Shown: positions 52,595 to 62,720, numbered from the stretch's first letter. The stretch: DNA of 64,000 nt from Nitrospirota bacterium (GCA_963818475.1 CAWFSF010000002.1:608001-672000), one strand, 5' to 3'. Notes: generated by a model not told the origin, from the sequence alone. Numbers and translations are program-made.

Positions 52595-53059
52595 GTGAAG
52601 ATCATAACACAGGCCGCATTGTCGTTGGCTTTACTGGGGGCGGGTTTTGCAACCGGATTTCCTGTTGGCAAAGACGCCGGATTCAATGCCGGAAGCGAGT
52701 GGGCGCTCATGCAAGCGAACCTTCTTGCGCGGGAGGCCGGCGTGTTCATGCCTGTTTATCTGGAGGAGGGACAATTCCGGGTCGTCATCAAGCAGCCGAG
52801 AGGTCTTTACAAGCGGGCATGGCAGCTTGCTGACGCAAAAGAGGAGAAGGTGCCGCTGCTGACCAGCGGGGACCTTGCCCTGTCCGAGACCATACCGCAT
52901 GACGGCAAAGTGACCCCGACTCCCGCGGATTTTCCCGGCGCATTGGAAAATGATCCCGTGCTCATGGTGCCGGATGCTGCCCCGTCCCTGCTCGAACCTC
53001 GGCAGGCGGATTTTGAGGCGATAGACTTTTGCCTTATGGAGCTTCCCTGCAATATTTGA
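52595..53059 (+). CDS. Hypothetical membrane-anchored protein, paralog 2 (GTG start)
   Basis: GFPVGKDAGF..GSEWALMQANLLAREAGVFMPV shared with paralog 1. Confidence 0.7.
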   Translation: MKIITQAALSLALLGAGFATGFPVGKDAGFNAGSEWALMQANLLAREAGVFMPVYLEEGQFRVVIKQPRGLYKRAWQLADAKEEKVPLLTSGDLALSETIPHDGKVTPTPADFPGALENDPVLMVPDAAPSLLEPRQADFEAIDFCLMELPCNI

Positions 53060-53149
53060 CCGGTTGTATGAGTGTTGGCCCCCTTGGAGAAGGAGTGCTA
53101 CCAATGCTTAGTTGTGTCGGGATTCTCGTACTACGGTCAGGAGCCGTTC

Positions 53150-54457
53150 ATGATGCAGAGCAGGTCACTACACCGCGACCTTCCGTTGATCCAGGATGCC
53201 GACCTGCAGGGCAAGATCGTCCTCGTACGGTTCGATCATAATGTCGTGAAGAACGGCGCCATCCGCGATCCCTTTCGCATCGACCGCACCATCGGCACGC
53301 TCTTCCACATCGTGGAACGGGGCGGCAGGCCCATCCTGATGACCCATGTGGGCAGGCCAAAGGATAAAAAGACCGGCGCCATCACCTGCAGGCCCGAGGA
53401 ATCCGTTGAACCGGTGGTGCGCTATCTCGAACAGAAGCTGCATACGAAGCTTTATGTTCCCTCCTTTCCGCACGATCCGCTCCAGGGCATCAGCGGAATC
53501 GACACGTCCATCAATCTTGCGGTGCGGGACCTGCGGGAACGGAAGATCGGCGGGATCTACCTTCCGAATACGCGGTGGTTCCGGGGCGAGGAGGCCGATG
53601 GCGATCTCCGGGAGCGCTTCGCGCTGCAGCTTGCCGGCCTGGCCGACATCTATGTGAACGACGCCTTCGGCTCCTGGCAGCCCCATGCGTCCACGTTCAA
53701 CATCACCCGGCATCTGCCGTCCTGCGCCGGCTTTTTGCTGCAGCAGGAGATCATGCACCTCGAAGGCGTCATGGCACCCGAGCGGCCCTTCCTTGCCGTG
53801 GTGGCCGGAGCAAAGTACGATACCAAGATCAGGCCACTCAATGCCCTGTACGACAAAGTGGATCTCCTGGTTCTCGGCGGCGTGATCTACAATACCTACC
53901 TCTGCGCCAAGTATCAGGTGCGGATCAAGGGCGTGAGCGACGAGGACGTTGCCCTGGCACGGGAACTGGTAGAAAAGGACCGCGGCCGGAACAAGATCGT
54001 CGAGCTGCCGCTGCTCGTCGAATCAGATGCGGCCGAAGGAAGGACCGAGGGGAAATACCGGACCATCTCCATCAGGGACTTCAAACCGGGCAGCTCCTTC
54101 GGCTTTGTCATGGACATCGATCCCCGGTCCTTTGAAGAACAAGGCGTTGCCCGGGCCATCGGCACGGCAAAGACCATCTTCGTCAACGCGGTCATGGGAT
54201 TCACGCCGCACTTTGTCGCCGGCTCCCAGGCGCTCGACAACACCATCGACCAAAACCGTGAAGCCATGAAAATGTACGGCGGCGGCGACACGCTTCAGGA
54301 GTTCAAGAGCCTGCTGCCCGGCCTGTACCTTTCGGTCATGGATGACGCAAGCTATTACTTTTTCACCGGCGGCGGTACGGTGCTTACGGCTATCGAACGC
54401 GGCAGCCCCTACAGCCTTGAGCCGGTCCAGGCATTGATGGAAGCGAAGAGGAGATGA
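53150..54457 (+). CDS. pgk: Phosphoglycerate kinase (divergent type)
   Basis: LVRFDHNV, MTHVGRP, YVNDAFG, AGAK, GGGDT, TGGG. Confidence 0.85.
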   Translation: MMQSRSLHRDLPLIQDADLQGKIVLVRFDHNVVKNGAIRDPFRIDRTIGTLFHIVERGGRPILMTHVGRPKDKKTGAITCRPEESVEPVVRYLEQKLHTKLYVPSFPHDPLQGISGIDTSINLAVRDLRERKIGGIYLPNTRWFRGEEADGDLRERFALQLAGLADIYVNDAFGSWQPHASTFNITRHLPSCAGFLLQQEIMHLEGVMAPERPFLAVVAGAKYDTKIRPLNALYDKVDLLVLGGVIYNTYLCAKYQVRIKGVSDEDVALARELVEKDRGRNKIVELPLLVESDAAEGRTEGKYRTISIRDFKPGSSFGFVMDIDPRSFEEQGVARAIGTAKTIFVNAVMGFTPHFVAGSQALDNTIDQNREAMKMYGGGDTLQEFKSLLPGLYLSVMDDASYYFFTGGGTVLTAIERGSPYSLEPVQALMEAKRR

Positions 54458-54481
54458 AGGAGGCCTTCGGGGAGGAGCTTT

Positions 54482-54640
54482 AAAACTAAAAAGGACCTTT
54501 GGACACGGATCAGGTCGGATAAGAACCGGATAACGGCGGATTTTCTTTTGACGGGGGCTCACTCTTGTGGATAGATGGTTCTTTGCTTATCCGCCCTTAT
54601 TCGTCGTTCATCCGATTTGATCCGTGTACAAATGCTTTTG
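54482..54640. repeat. Family A element, reverse orientation
   Basis: TTTGGACACGGATCAGGTCGGATAAG...ATCCGTGTACAAATG; left arm is the reverse complement of the right arm at 24575-24630. Confidence 0.65.
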
Positions 54641-54657
54641 TGTAGATTTATGCGACC

Positions 54658-55257
54658 TCAGCGACGCCGGGCTAGCTTCAACCGTCTGGCTCCTTTTTCT
54701 GCCGCCTCTTCCACCAGCCGTCCGCAACCCTCGCCGTAGACAAGCTCGATAGCTTCAGTAAAGCTTGCGCTGATGGACCTCGATCCTTTCCGCTTCGGGG
54801 CATTGCAATGAAAAAGAAGCGCATCGTCAGTGAGCGACAAGGCCTCCGCGCCCTCGGAAAAGATCATGGGCCAAAGCAGACAGGCTTTCGGCTTCACCTG
54901 CGCAAGCGGGATCCCGCGCTTGAGTGCGACCGTATGCAGGGCGCACTGGATCTTTCGCCGGGTCTTATAAGCGAACAGGCAAAGCCCGTCCTCGGTCGTG
55001 TCGATGGCATAGAGGCCGGGCTCCACGTACTCGAACACATTGTCGTATCCATCATCCGTTTCGAGAAGAGGGCAGAGCTTCACCACCTCGGGCATGATCC
55101 GGATGATCCGGCGCATTTCAGCGGCAGTAACGCAGACCTCATAGGTCGAACAGCAGCAGCGCTTGCCTGATCCGCAGCCATTGCAGTCGTGCTCAACAGA
55201 GCAAAGAGACGCGATGTCGGTATCCACGGGAGCGAAGCCCTTGTCTTTTGTTTTCAT
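54658..55257 (-). CDS. CxxCxxCC (YkgJ/DUF3109-like) Cys-cluster protein
   Basis: CNGC....CCC, GLCLF, CALH, KPKACLLWP. Confidence 0.75.
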   Translation of the reverse strand: MKTKDKGFAPVDTDIASLCSVEHDCNGCGSGKRCCCSTYEVCVTAAEMRRIIRIMPEVVKLCPLLETDDGYDNVFEYVEPGLYAIDTTEDGLCLFAYKTRRKIQCALHTVALKRGIPLAQVKPKACLLWPMIFSEGAEALSLTDDALLFHCNAPKRKGSRSISASFTEAIELVYGEGCGRLVEEAAEKGARRLKLARRR

Positions 55258-55434
55258 AAATCCTTATCTGAAATTAATACGGTATTATGGATTCCAATGC
55301 TCTTTGGCAACGGATCAGGTTTGACGACTGAAGGTTGAAGGCGAAGAATAAGAGCTATGGATGTTTAAAAAAGCACTTTAATTGGACGACTACGTATCGT
55401 GGTTGTTTTTCCTGAATAACTTCAGTCTTCAGCC

Positions 55435-57998
55435 TCAGCACCTGTAATTACCTTCCCCCGGCCTCCGCTCCTGCCCCATAATCCGCTGCAGCTCTTCGCT
55501 CAACTCATCCATGGTATAGGGCTTGACGATGATGCCGGCAAACCCGTACCAGGCGTAATTGGCCATGACCGCGTCATTCGAGTACCCGCTCGAAACAATG
55601 GCCTTTGCAGCCGGATCAAACTCCAGCAGGTCCCTAATGGCGTCCTTGCCTCCCATTCCACCGGGAATGGTGAGGTCCATGATAACGACGTCGTACGGGG
55701 CTTTCGAGGATCTGGCCTTCTTGAACATCTCGATCGCGGTTGTCCCGTCCGCGGCAAAATCCACCGAGTAGCCAATGAGGTCCAGCATGACGCCCGCTGT
55801 TTCCCTGACGATCTCATCGTCATCCATCAACAGTATCCGGCCCGTTCTCTTTTCATCCGAAGCGGCAACGAACGGCGGGACAGCAGGCACTGCATGTTCG
55901 GAAGAGGCTGGCAGAAAGATCGTGAAGGTGGTGCCGGTCCCCGGGTCGGACTCCACGTCGATCGCCCCTTCATGTTTTTTGACGATCGAGTACGTCGTTG
56001 CAAGCCCGAGACCGCTGCCGCCTTCTTTTGTCGTGAAGTAGGGCTCGAATATCCTTCCGATCAGCCCCTTGGGGATCCCCCGCCCGGTGTCCTGAACGAT
56101 GATGCTCACGTAGGTTCCCGGCTTCAGGTCCTGAAGCCCGGCCGGCCCTACCGTGGCGTTTCGGCCGGTGATAAGGATGGTGCCTCCCCGGGGCATTGCC
56201 TGCACCGCATTGACGACCAGGTTGCTGATGACCTGGCTGATCTGGCCCTCATCGATCTCAGCGTCCCACAGATCTTCCGGCAGGGAGAATTCGCAGCGGA
56301 CACCGGAGCCCCGTGTGCCGAAGTCGGCGGTATCGCGGATAAGGTCCCCTATGGCGGCCAGTTTTTTGACCGGCGCTCCTCCTTTTGAAAAGGTGAGGAG
56401 CTGCTGCGTCAGTTCTTTCGCACGGGTCGATGCTTTTTCCGTGCGCACCAGGCTTTTGTACACCTCGCTCTCCGGCGCGGAGTACTTTTTGCCGATATCG
56501 ATATTGCCGATGATGGCGTTCAGCAGGTTGTTGAAATCGTGCGCAATGCCGCCGGCCAGTACGCCCAGCGATTCGATCTTTTCGGACTTGTTGATCCGGT
56601 CCTCCAGCCTTTTCCGTTCGGTGATGTCGCGAAAGACCAGCACCGTGCCGGACATTACGCTGTCCTTGTCCATAATGGGGGCGACGCTGTCCGTGATGAT
56701 ACACCGTGAACCGTCGCGCGAAACGAGGAGGGCTTGCCCTTCGAGTTCGCATGCCCTGCCGGTCCTGAGCACCTGTTCAACCGGGGTGATGCGCGCCTCG
56801 CCGGTCTTTTCGTCCTGCAGTGGAAAAACATCCTTGATCGGCCTGCCCCGTGCCTCGCCCTGCTTCCAGCCCGTAAGCCGTTCGGCGACCTTGTTGATCA
56901 GCACCACGTTCCCGTTGATGTCGGTGGTGATGACGCCGTCGCCGATGCTCCGGAGGGTCACGGCCAGCTGCTCCCGCTCGGCAGCGACCATGGTCTCGAT
57001 GCGCTTGCGCTCCGTGATGTCGCGGAAGATGCCGCGCGTGCCCATGAACTTTCCGCCCTCTGCGATGGCGCTTACATTGCCCTCGACCACGATCTTGCCG
57101 CCCTGCTTCGTGATGAAGGTGGTCTCGAACCGGCCGTCCTTGTCCCCGCAGACCACGCTCTTGAACTCGGGGCCGCAGTCCGTGCACTCCGGATGGAGCA
57201 GATCGAAAATGGAGAGTCGGCACTGCTCTTCTTCCTGGTAGCCCAGCGTATCTTTCCAGGCCTTATTGACATAGCGTATGGAGCTGTCCGCGCCCAGGAC
57301 CTGGATGAGGTCCGTTGAATTCTCAAACAGGTCGCGGTACCGCTCCTCGCTCCGCCGCAGTTCCTCCTGGGCGAGTATGCGCTCCGTCATGTCCATGTAC
57401 ACCAGAACGATCCGTGACACAGCGTCTGCTTTGTCCTTGACGGGCGTGGCCACCGTATTATAATGGCGCCCGTCCAGGTCCATGTCCTGCTGGCAGCTCC
57501 TGCCCGTTGCAACGGCTCTCCTGCCCGGGCAATCCTTGCGGTTCTCAACGTGGCAGAGCAGTTCGTGGCAGAACCGCCCCGCTGTTGCGCTCCGGTCAAA
57601 TTGGAACTGCTCTTCGATCTTTTTATTCCAGGCAATGACGCGCATTTCCCGGTCCAGGACCAGAATGCCCATGCCCGCGGAATCGAAGATGGCCGTGATC
57701 TCGTCGTGGGCCGTTCTGAGCTGTTCGTTCGTTTCCTTCACGTTCCGCAGGATCTGCGAAAAGAGTCGCTCACAATGCCGATGGGGTCAAGCTCGATCAG
57801 GGTCGCATCATCCAGCTCCTCGGGCTTGAGCTCTGCCGTGCCCATGACGGTAAGCAATTGGTTCACCTTCTGGCGGATATACTGCGTTGCGTTCGTGTAT
57901 TTTTCGCGCAGCTCCAGCACCTCCTGCTGGAGCTCCTCACGTGACCGAGGCGCCTCCTGCTCCCCCGGTGGTCCCTTTTTTTTCTTATTGCCCGCCAC
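55435..57998 (-). CDS. Cytoplasmic hybrid sensor kinase (unknown N-domain, 3 PAS, HisKA, HATPase, REC); frameshift at 57759-57762
   Basis: AGGIAHDFNNLL, EPYFTTK..GSGLGL, LMDDD/MDLTIP; one extra base in the A4 run joins the 86-aa and 768-aa ORFs. Confidence 0.88.
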
Positions 57999-58001
57999 CT
58001 G

Positions 58002-58244
58002 TCAATCCTTTTTACCTGAGATCACGATGCAATAGTATCCTTCTCTCTTTTCAATGGACACGCCATAGCCCATATTGGTCGCTGATTCTGGTATGGTGAT
58101 CGTGGCATCCCTGTTGTCGGTGAAGAAACAGAGCAGTACACTTCCCTGCCGTAGGCCCTCCGCCCGGCTGTTCACTTCCTTCAGCGCAACCAGAAGGGAT
58201 GACGGGCAGATCTGCCCCCGGATATCGAATTCTATGGTTTCCAC
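58002..58244 (-). CDS. TusA/SirA-family sulfur carrier
   Basis: FDIRGQICPSSLL...TDN....TIP.....MGY; AAGGAG RBS. Confidence 0.85.
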   Translation of the reverse strand: METIEFDIRGQICPSSLLVALKEVNSRAEGLRQGSVLLCFFTDNRDATITIPESATNMGYGVSIEKREGYYCIVISGKKD

Positions 58245-58341
58245 TCGTGCTCCTTACATGATTGTTCGTTCCTGACCATGTCGAAATGAAATATAAAAAA
58301 TCGATTTTTTAACTTTTGCCGGGGAATCGGTTCCCTCAGGT

Positions 58342-59478
58342 TCAAGCGGCCTTAGCAGGGCCTGCACCAAGGACCTTGATCAGGAGCATGCCGCCGATCA
58401 ATGCGCCTGCAAGCGTGCCGAGGAAAAAGAGCATGCTCGACATAGCCAGGATCGGCAGTCCGCCCATCAGGTGCCAGACGTTGCAAGTCGGCGCCATACG
58501 GGACGCCAGCCCCATGAGGGTCCCGCCTGTCGCGGCCAGCACGTATTGACGGGCCGGCACCTTGTAATAGAACTTCAGTTCGCCGAGCAGGGCGGCCGAG
58601 ACGGCGCTTCCGGCTATGATGCCGCCAATGAGCGGGAACTGGATCGCTGCCAGTGTATCGAACCGGGGCCCTACTCCGCCGGTCAGAACAGCATTGGTCA
58701 GGCGGTGGAGGAAGTTGAGCGGGACGGCCTGGTAAAAAACAAGTCCGTCATAATGGGAGGCGAACAGGGTACTCTCGACGAATCCGGCGATCTTGGTAAA
58801 GGAGGAGGTCACACCCAGGGGCATGCCGACCAGGACATAGGAAAGTGCGCCGATCAGAGAAAGCAGCAGGGCCGCTTTTGCAGGCTGCAGATATCCGGCG
58901 GCAAAGGCAGGCCGCACCAATTCGCCCTTCCGGTGCCACGAAAACAGAAGCAGGGCGCCGGGAACCATGACCGCCAGCACCGGGAGCAGGGGGTCGACAT
59001 TGAGCATCTGTGCGATGGTGACCTTGCCCGGCGCAAGGACCGTGCTTTTCGCAAAGGCCGCCCACGCCGGATGGAACTCGGCATAGAGCCCGCTGCCGAA
59101 AACCAGTCCTGCGAAGGCCGTCAGGCTCAGAACGCTGCCGGCGCCCATTTTATACAGCGTGCCGACGACGCAGCCTCCGGCAAAGACCATGCCGATGCCG
59201 AAGAGAAGTCCTCCGATCAGGTTCGCTGTGGTCGGCGGGTAGAGGAGCGGGAAGGGATAGGCGGACAGCAGCCCGGACTGGCGCGCGGCTTCGAACAGCA
59301 GCATGCTCGACAGGACCAGCAGGACAAAGGACTTGATCATTGCCGTACGCCTGAAAAGAAAGAGATCGCGGAACATGCCGGCCATGCAGAAATCAGACCG
59401 GTGCATCACGAACCCCGCGGCAAGGCCAAGCACCAGGGAAATGCTTCCGATAAAGATATAAGGGTCAGCAGCGAGCAT
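58342..59478 (-). CDS. YeeE/YedE family sulfur-compound (thiosulfate-type) transporter
   Basis: RSDFCMAG, FGIGMVFAGGC, LMGLASRMAPTCN; about 9 TM. Confidence 0.9.
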   Translation of the reverse strand: MLAADPYIFIGSISLVLGLAAGFVMHRSDFCMAGMFRDLFLFRRTAMIKSFVLLVLSSMLLFEAARQSGLLSAYPFPLLYPPTTANLIGGLLFGIGMVFAGGCVVGTLYKMGAGSVLSLTAFAGLVFGSGLYAEFHPAWAAFAKSTVLAPGKVTIAQMLNVDPLLPVLAVMVPGALLLFSWHRKGELVRPAFAAGYLQPAKAALLLSLIGALSYVLVGMPLGVTSSFTKIAGFVESTLFASHYDGLVFYQAVPLNFLHRLTNAVLTGGVGPRFDTLAAIQFPLIGGIIAGSAVSAALLGELKFYYKVPARQYVLAATGGTLMGLASRMAPTCNVWHLMGGLPILAMSSMLFFLGTLAGALIGGMLLIKVLGAGPAKAA

Positions 59479-59943
59479 CGTGGAGCTCCCCCATGCAGGA
59501 TCCGGAAGATTCCCTGTCGCGGGATTGAGAGAACCCGCCGACCTTTTCGCGATCAGAACGTACCTGCCCGTCCGGTTTTACAGTAAAATACAGCAATTCA
59601 TAGGCAGGAGCAAGATTTTTTATTCAGAAAGTTGCATAGTTTCATAGGTATCTTACGGCGGGCGGGAGGCGCAAACGGGAATCACCGGTGGCAACAACTC
59701 AATGGCAAGACGTCATTCCCTGTAACAAGAACATTTGGATACTGAAATATCGGGTTAGCTTCTGATCGTTTGGGCATTACTTGCAGAAATAAAGGGGGAC
59801 AAATGCAACCCGCGGCCTTGTCCTCGCAGATGAGACTGTTCGTGCTTTGCGCGGGGGGGAAAAATGTATCATGCGCGGTGTTGGTGAGGGGTGCTGTAAG
59901 TGCAGTTGGAATCAGGTGGACAGGGCGTGCTCCAAAGCTCGCT

Positions 59944-60129
59944 TCATGCATTGCAGGCGGCCCAGCTGCAGCCGACGCAGGTGAACTCGCCGCGCCCGTT
60001 CAGCTCACGCGTGCGGAGCGCGCAGATGTTCTTAGGCACTTGGTCTGCAAAGAGCTTGCAGTAGAGACTGCCGGCACCCTCCTGTGTATTCAGGCTCTGA
60101 TCAATGCTCTTCTGTTCACAGAGAATCAT
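59944..60129 (-). CDS. Small Cys-rich hypothetical protein (61 aa)
   Basis: Six Cys including CVGC; GAGAGGG RBS; promoter TTGACA-17-AATAAT at 60185-60213. Confidence 0.55.
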   Translation of the reverse strand: MILCEQKSIDQSLNTQEGAGSLYCKLFADQVPKNICALRTRELNGRGEFTCVGCSWAACNA

Positions 60130-60382
60130 GCTGGTCCCTCTCTTCCGGCGCTCCTGCCCGTCGCCAGAGTACGATATATGGCGTATTATTGATTCTCTGC
60201 AAGAAAATGTCAATCACCCGGTCAGGGTAATTTCAGGGTATGCCAGGCCTTCTAGTGTTGAGATCCGTTTTGGAGCAGGACAGCACCGTCTTAAAGCAAT
60301 TGTCGATCGGAACAGGGACCGCTCCCCCATCGATCCGCTGCTGGCTGATCAAAAACGCTTGTAGCGGTTGCCACAGTTTACC

Positions 60383-60412
60383 TTGACAAATCGACGGAAA
60401 ACGACATATTAT
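60383..60412 (+). promoter_or_regulatory. Sigma70 promoter with long structured leader
   Basis: TTGACA-18 bp-TATTAT. Confidence 0.55.
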
Positions 60413-60630
60413 TACATTTTTATGAAGTTCCGAAAAAGGCGTTCCTGATCAGGAGCTGTTCGTTTGGTTACGGAACGGAATACAATAACTGATTCCCGGA
60501 ATTACACTGATAAGGCCATGATTAAGAGGCAAGACAAGAAGATGTACCGTGTAAATCATTGTCTTATCGGTTTTTTTCAGTGTCAAAGACTTTGTCCTTG
60601 TGACGCAGAAACAGCGAGGTTTAACGCTTT

Positions 60631-61431
60631 ATGAACGTAATCGACTTCCACACCCACATCTTCCCGGACAATATCGCCAGGCAGGCCATGGATGCCCTGG
60701 CCGCGGCCTCCGGCAAGTACCGCCCCTGCACCGACGGGACGCTTAAGGGCCTGCAGGACTCCATGAAGCGGGCGGATATTTCGGCGAGCCTGGTGGCGAA
60801 CATCGCCACGAAACCGTCGCAAATGTACCCCATCCTGGAATATTGCGGGGAGATCCAGAGCAGCAGCATCCACCCGCTCGTCTCGTTCCATCCGTCCAAC
60901 TCCCCGGAGGAGGTCGAAGATATGCTGGGCCAGGCGCAGCGCGCTGAGATCCGCGGGGTGAAGCTTCACCCCATGGATCAGAATTTCAATATCGACGACA
61001 AATGGATGTACGGCTTTTATGAGCTGATCGCAAGCTGCGGACTCTTCCTCATGTTCCACAGCGGGTACGACATGGCCTTTCCCGGCAATACCCAGGCGGA
61101 CGTGGAGCGCATTAAAAAGGTCGCCGACTGGTTCAAGGACCTCACCATCGTCTGCACCCATGTGGGTGGATGGAAGCAGTGGGAGCGCATCAGCTGTCTC
61201 AGCAACTGCGCGAACGTGCATACCGAAACGTCCCTGACCCTGACCGAGGTGGACGACGAGGAGTTCATCCGGCTCATCGACCATTTCGATGAGGACCGGG
61301 TGCTCTTCGGGAGTGACAGCCCCTGGACGGACCAGCAGAAGATGCTGAAGCGGACCGTAGAGCTGAAGATCTCCGATGCGCGGAAGGAAAAGCTGCTGCA
61401 TAAGAACGCCGCTAACTTGCTGAAGCTGTAG
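60631..61431 (+). CDS. Amidohydrolase_2 family metal-dependent hydrolase
   Basis: IDFHTHIFP, GVKLHP, FHSG, THVGG, VLFGSDSPW. Confidence 0.9.
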   Translation: MNVIDFHTHIFPDNIARQAMDALAAASGKYRPCTDGTLKGLQDSMKRADISASLVANIATKPSQMYPILEYCGEIQSSSIHPLVSFHPSNSPEEVEDMLGQAQRAEIRGVKLHPMDQNFNIDDKWMYGFYELIASCGLFLMFHSGYDMAFPGNTQADVERIKKVADWFKDLTIVCTHVGGWKQWERISCLSNCANVHTETSLTLTEVDDEEFIRLIDHFDEDRVLFGSDSPWTDQQKMLKRTVELKISDARKEKLLHKNAANLLKL

Positions 61432-61465
61432 TAGCGGCCGGGGCGTCGGAGCACGGGAGGGCATC

Positions 61466-62167
61466 GTGCAAAAAGTACTTATTGCACAGGAACTTCATGC
61501 GTTATTGAAGCAGGAGAACAGCGTTCTCAACCGTGAGGAGTTTGCCATCTTCACAGCGGCTTCGAACGATGAATTACTGAATGTTCACCGGGCGGAGAAG
61601 GTGAGCCTCATCATCACGCAACTCGATATGCCCGGCATGCCGACAGAACAGCTCTGCTCCGTCATCAGAGACGAGCCAAGTCTCCGGGCGGTCCCGCTTA
61701 TCATGGTCTGCGGGAACGACCCTGCGGCGATCGAAAAGTGCTCACGATGCAAGGCGAACGCGGTGCTGCTGCACCCGGTTAATCCCCTCCTGCTGATCAT
61801 AACAGCGCAGCAGCTCCTCGATATGACTTCCCGGGACACCTGCCGCGTGCTCCTGAACGCCGACATCGAGGGGCGCTCCGGGGAAGACTGCTTCTTCTGC
61901 CGGTCCAGGAACATCAGTGCCACAGGCATTCTAATGGAGACCGACAGGATTCTTGCCAGGGGCGCACACCTGTCTCTCTCCTTCTTTCTTCCTGATGCGA
62001 AGCAGGTGCAAGTCACGGGTAAGATCGTGAGGACCCTTGCGCAGACGCCGGGTGAAAAGAGCAATCAATATGGACTGATGTTCACTGAGCTCTCTCCCGA
62101 GGCTAAAGAGCTGCTTAGGGAGTTTGTCGAAAAAAATTCGTTACCATCCCGTCCTGCCGCCTTGTAG
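61466..62167 (+). CDS. Pseudo-receiver + PilZ domain protein
   Basis: IITQLDMP receiver-like segment; RDTCR and NISATG. Confidence 0.8.
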   Translation: MQKVLIAQELHALLKQENSVLNREEFAIFTAASNDELLNVHRAEKVSLIITQLDMPGMPTEQLCSVIRDEPSLRAVPLIMVCGNDPAAIEKCSRCKANAVLLHPVNPLLLIITAQQLLDMTSRDTCRVLLNADIEGRSGEDCFFCRSRNISATGILMETDRILARGAHLSLSFFLPDAKQVQVTGKIVRTLAQTPGEKSNQYGLMFTELSPEAKELLREFVEKNSLPSRPAAL

Positions 62168-62317
62168 TAACCAACTGGTTCCGTAGTATCCACACACCCC
62201 TCGTGCCGTTGCCAGCTCTTTCGCTGATTGCAGAACTCCTTTATCATTTAACCTTTTCCCGGGACCGGTGTCTCAATTTGCGTAATACCTATTACTTTCC
62301 CCACGAGGAGGAGATCC

Positions 62318-62653
62318 ATGAGAACCCTGTTCAGACTCGCAGTTGCCGTGCTGTTCCTGGCGGCCTTTTCACCGAATACCTTTGCCCAGCAACAGCCCCC
62401 CAATGACCAGAAAATGATGGGAAGAGAAATAACGCCGGAGAATTTCAGCGAGATGAAATCCCTCATCCTTACCATGATCGAGAACCGCAGGACAAGGCTC
62501 GACACGGAAAAGGTCTGTGTGGAGGCGGCAAAAGACGCCGAAGAACTGAAAAAGTGCAGGCCCGAACAGCCCATGGGGATGGGCAGCGGCATGTACAAAA
62601 ACGGTCCCGGCAGACAGCGGGGCCCAGGGGCAGGCATGCAAGGACAGCAGTAA
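62318..62653 (+). CDS. Small exported hypothetical protein with Gly/Met-rich tail
   Basis: Signal peptide ending TFA; two Cys; GAGGAG RBS; terminator follows. Confidence 0.75.
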   Translation: MRTLFRLAVAVLFLAAFSPNTFAQQQPPNDQKMMGREITPENFSEMKSLILTMIENRRTRLDTEKVCVEAAKDAEELKKCRPEQPMGMGSGMYKNGPGRQRGPGAGMQGQQ

Positions 62654-62688
62654 GGGAATGACCTGCGTCAGTGTTTCAGAACATACGT

Positions 62689-62720
62689 GCCGGCAGGAGA
62701 TGGTTCCTGCCGGTTTTTTT
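62689..62720 (+). terminator. Intrinsic terminator
   Basis: CCGGCAGGA-gatggt-TCCTGCCGG-TTTTTTT. Confidence 0.8.

Noticed and set aside
57738-59478. Selenocysteine readthrough in the YeeE/TusA/kinase or thioredoxin genes
   Set aside because: No in-frame TGA at Cys positions; the kinase split is a frameshift, not a readthrough
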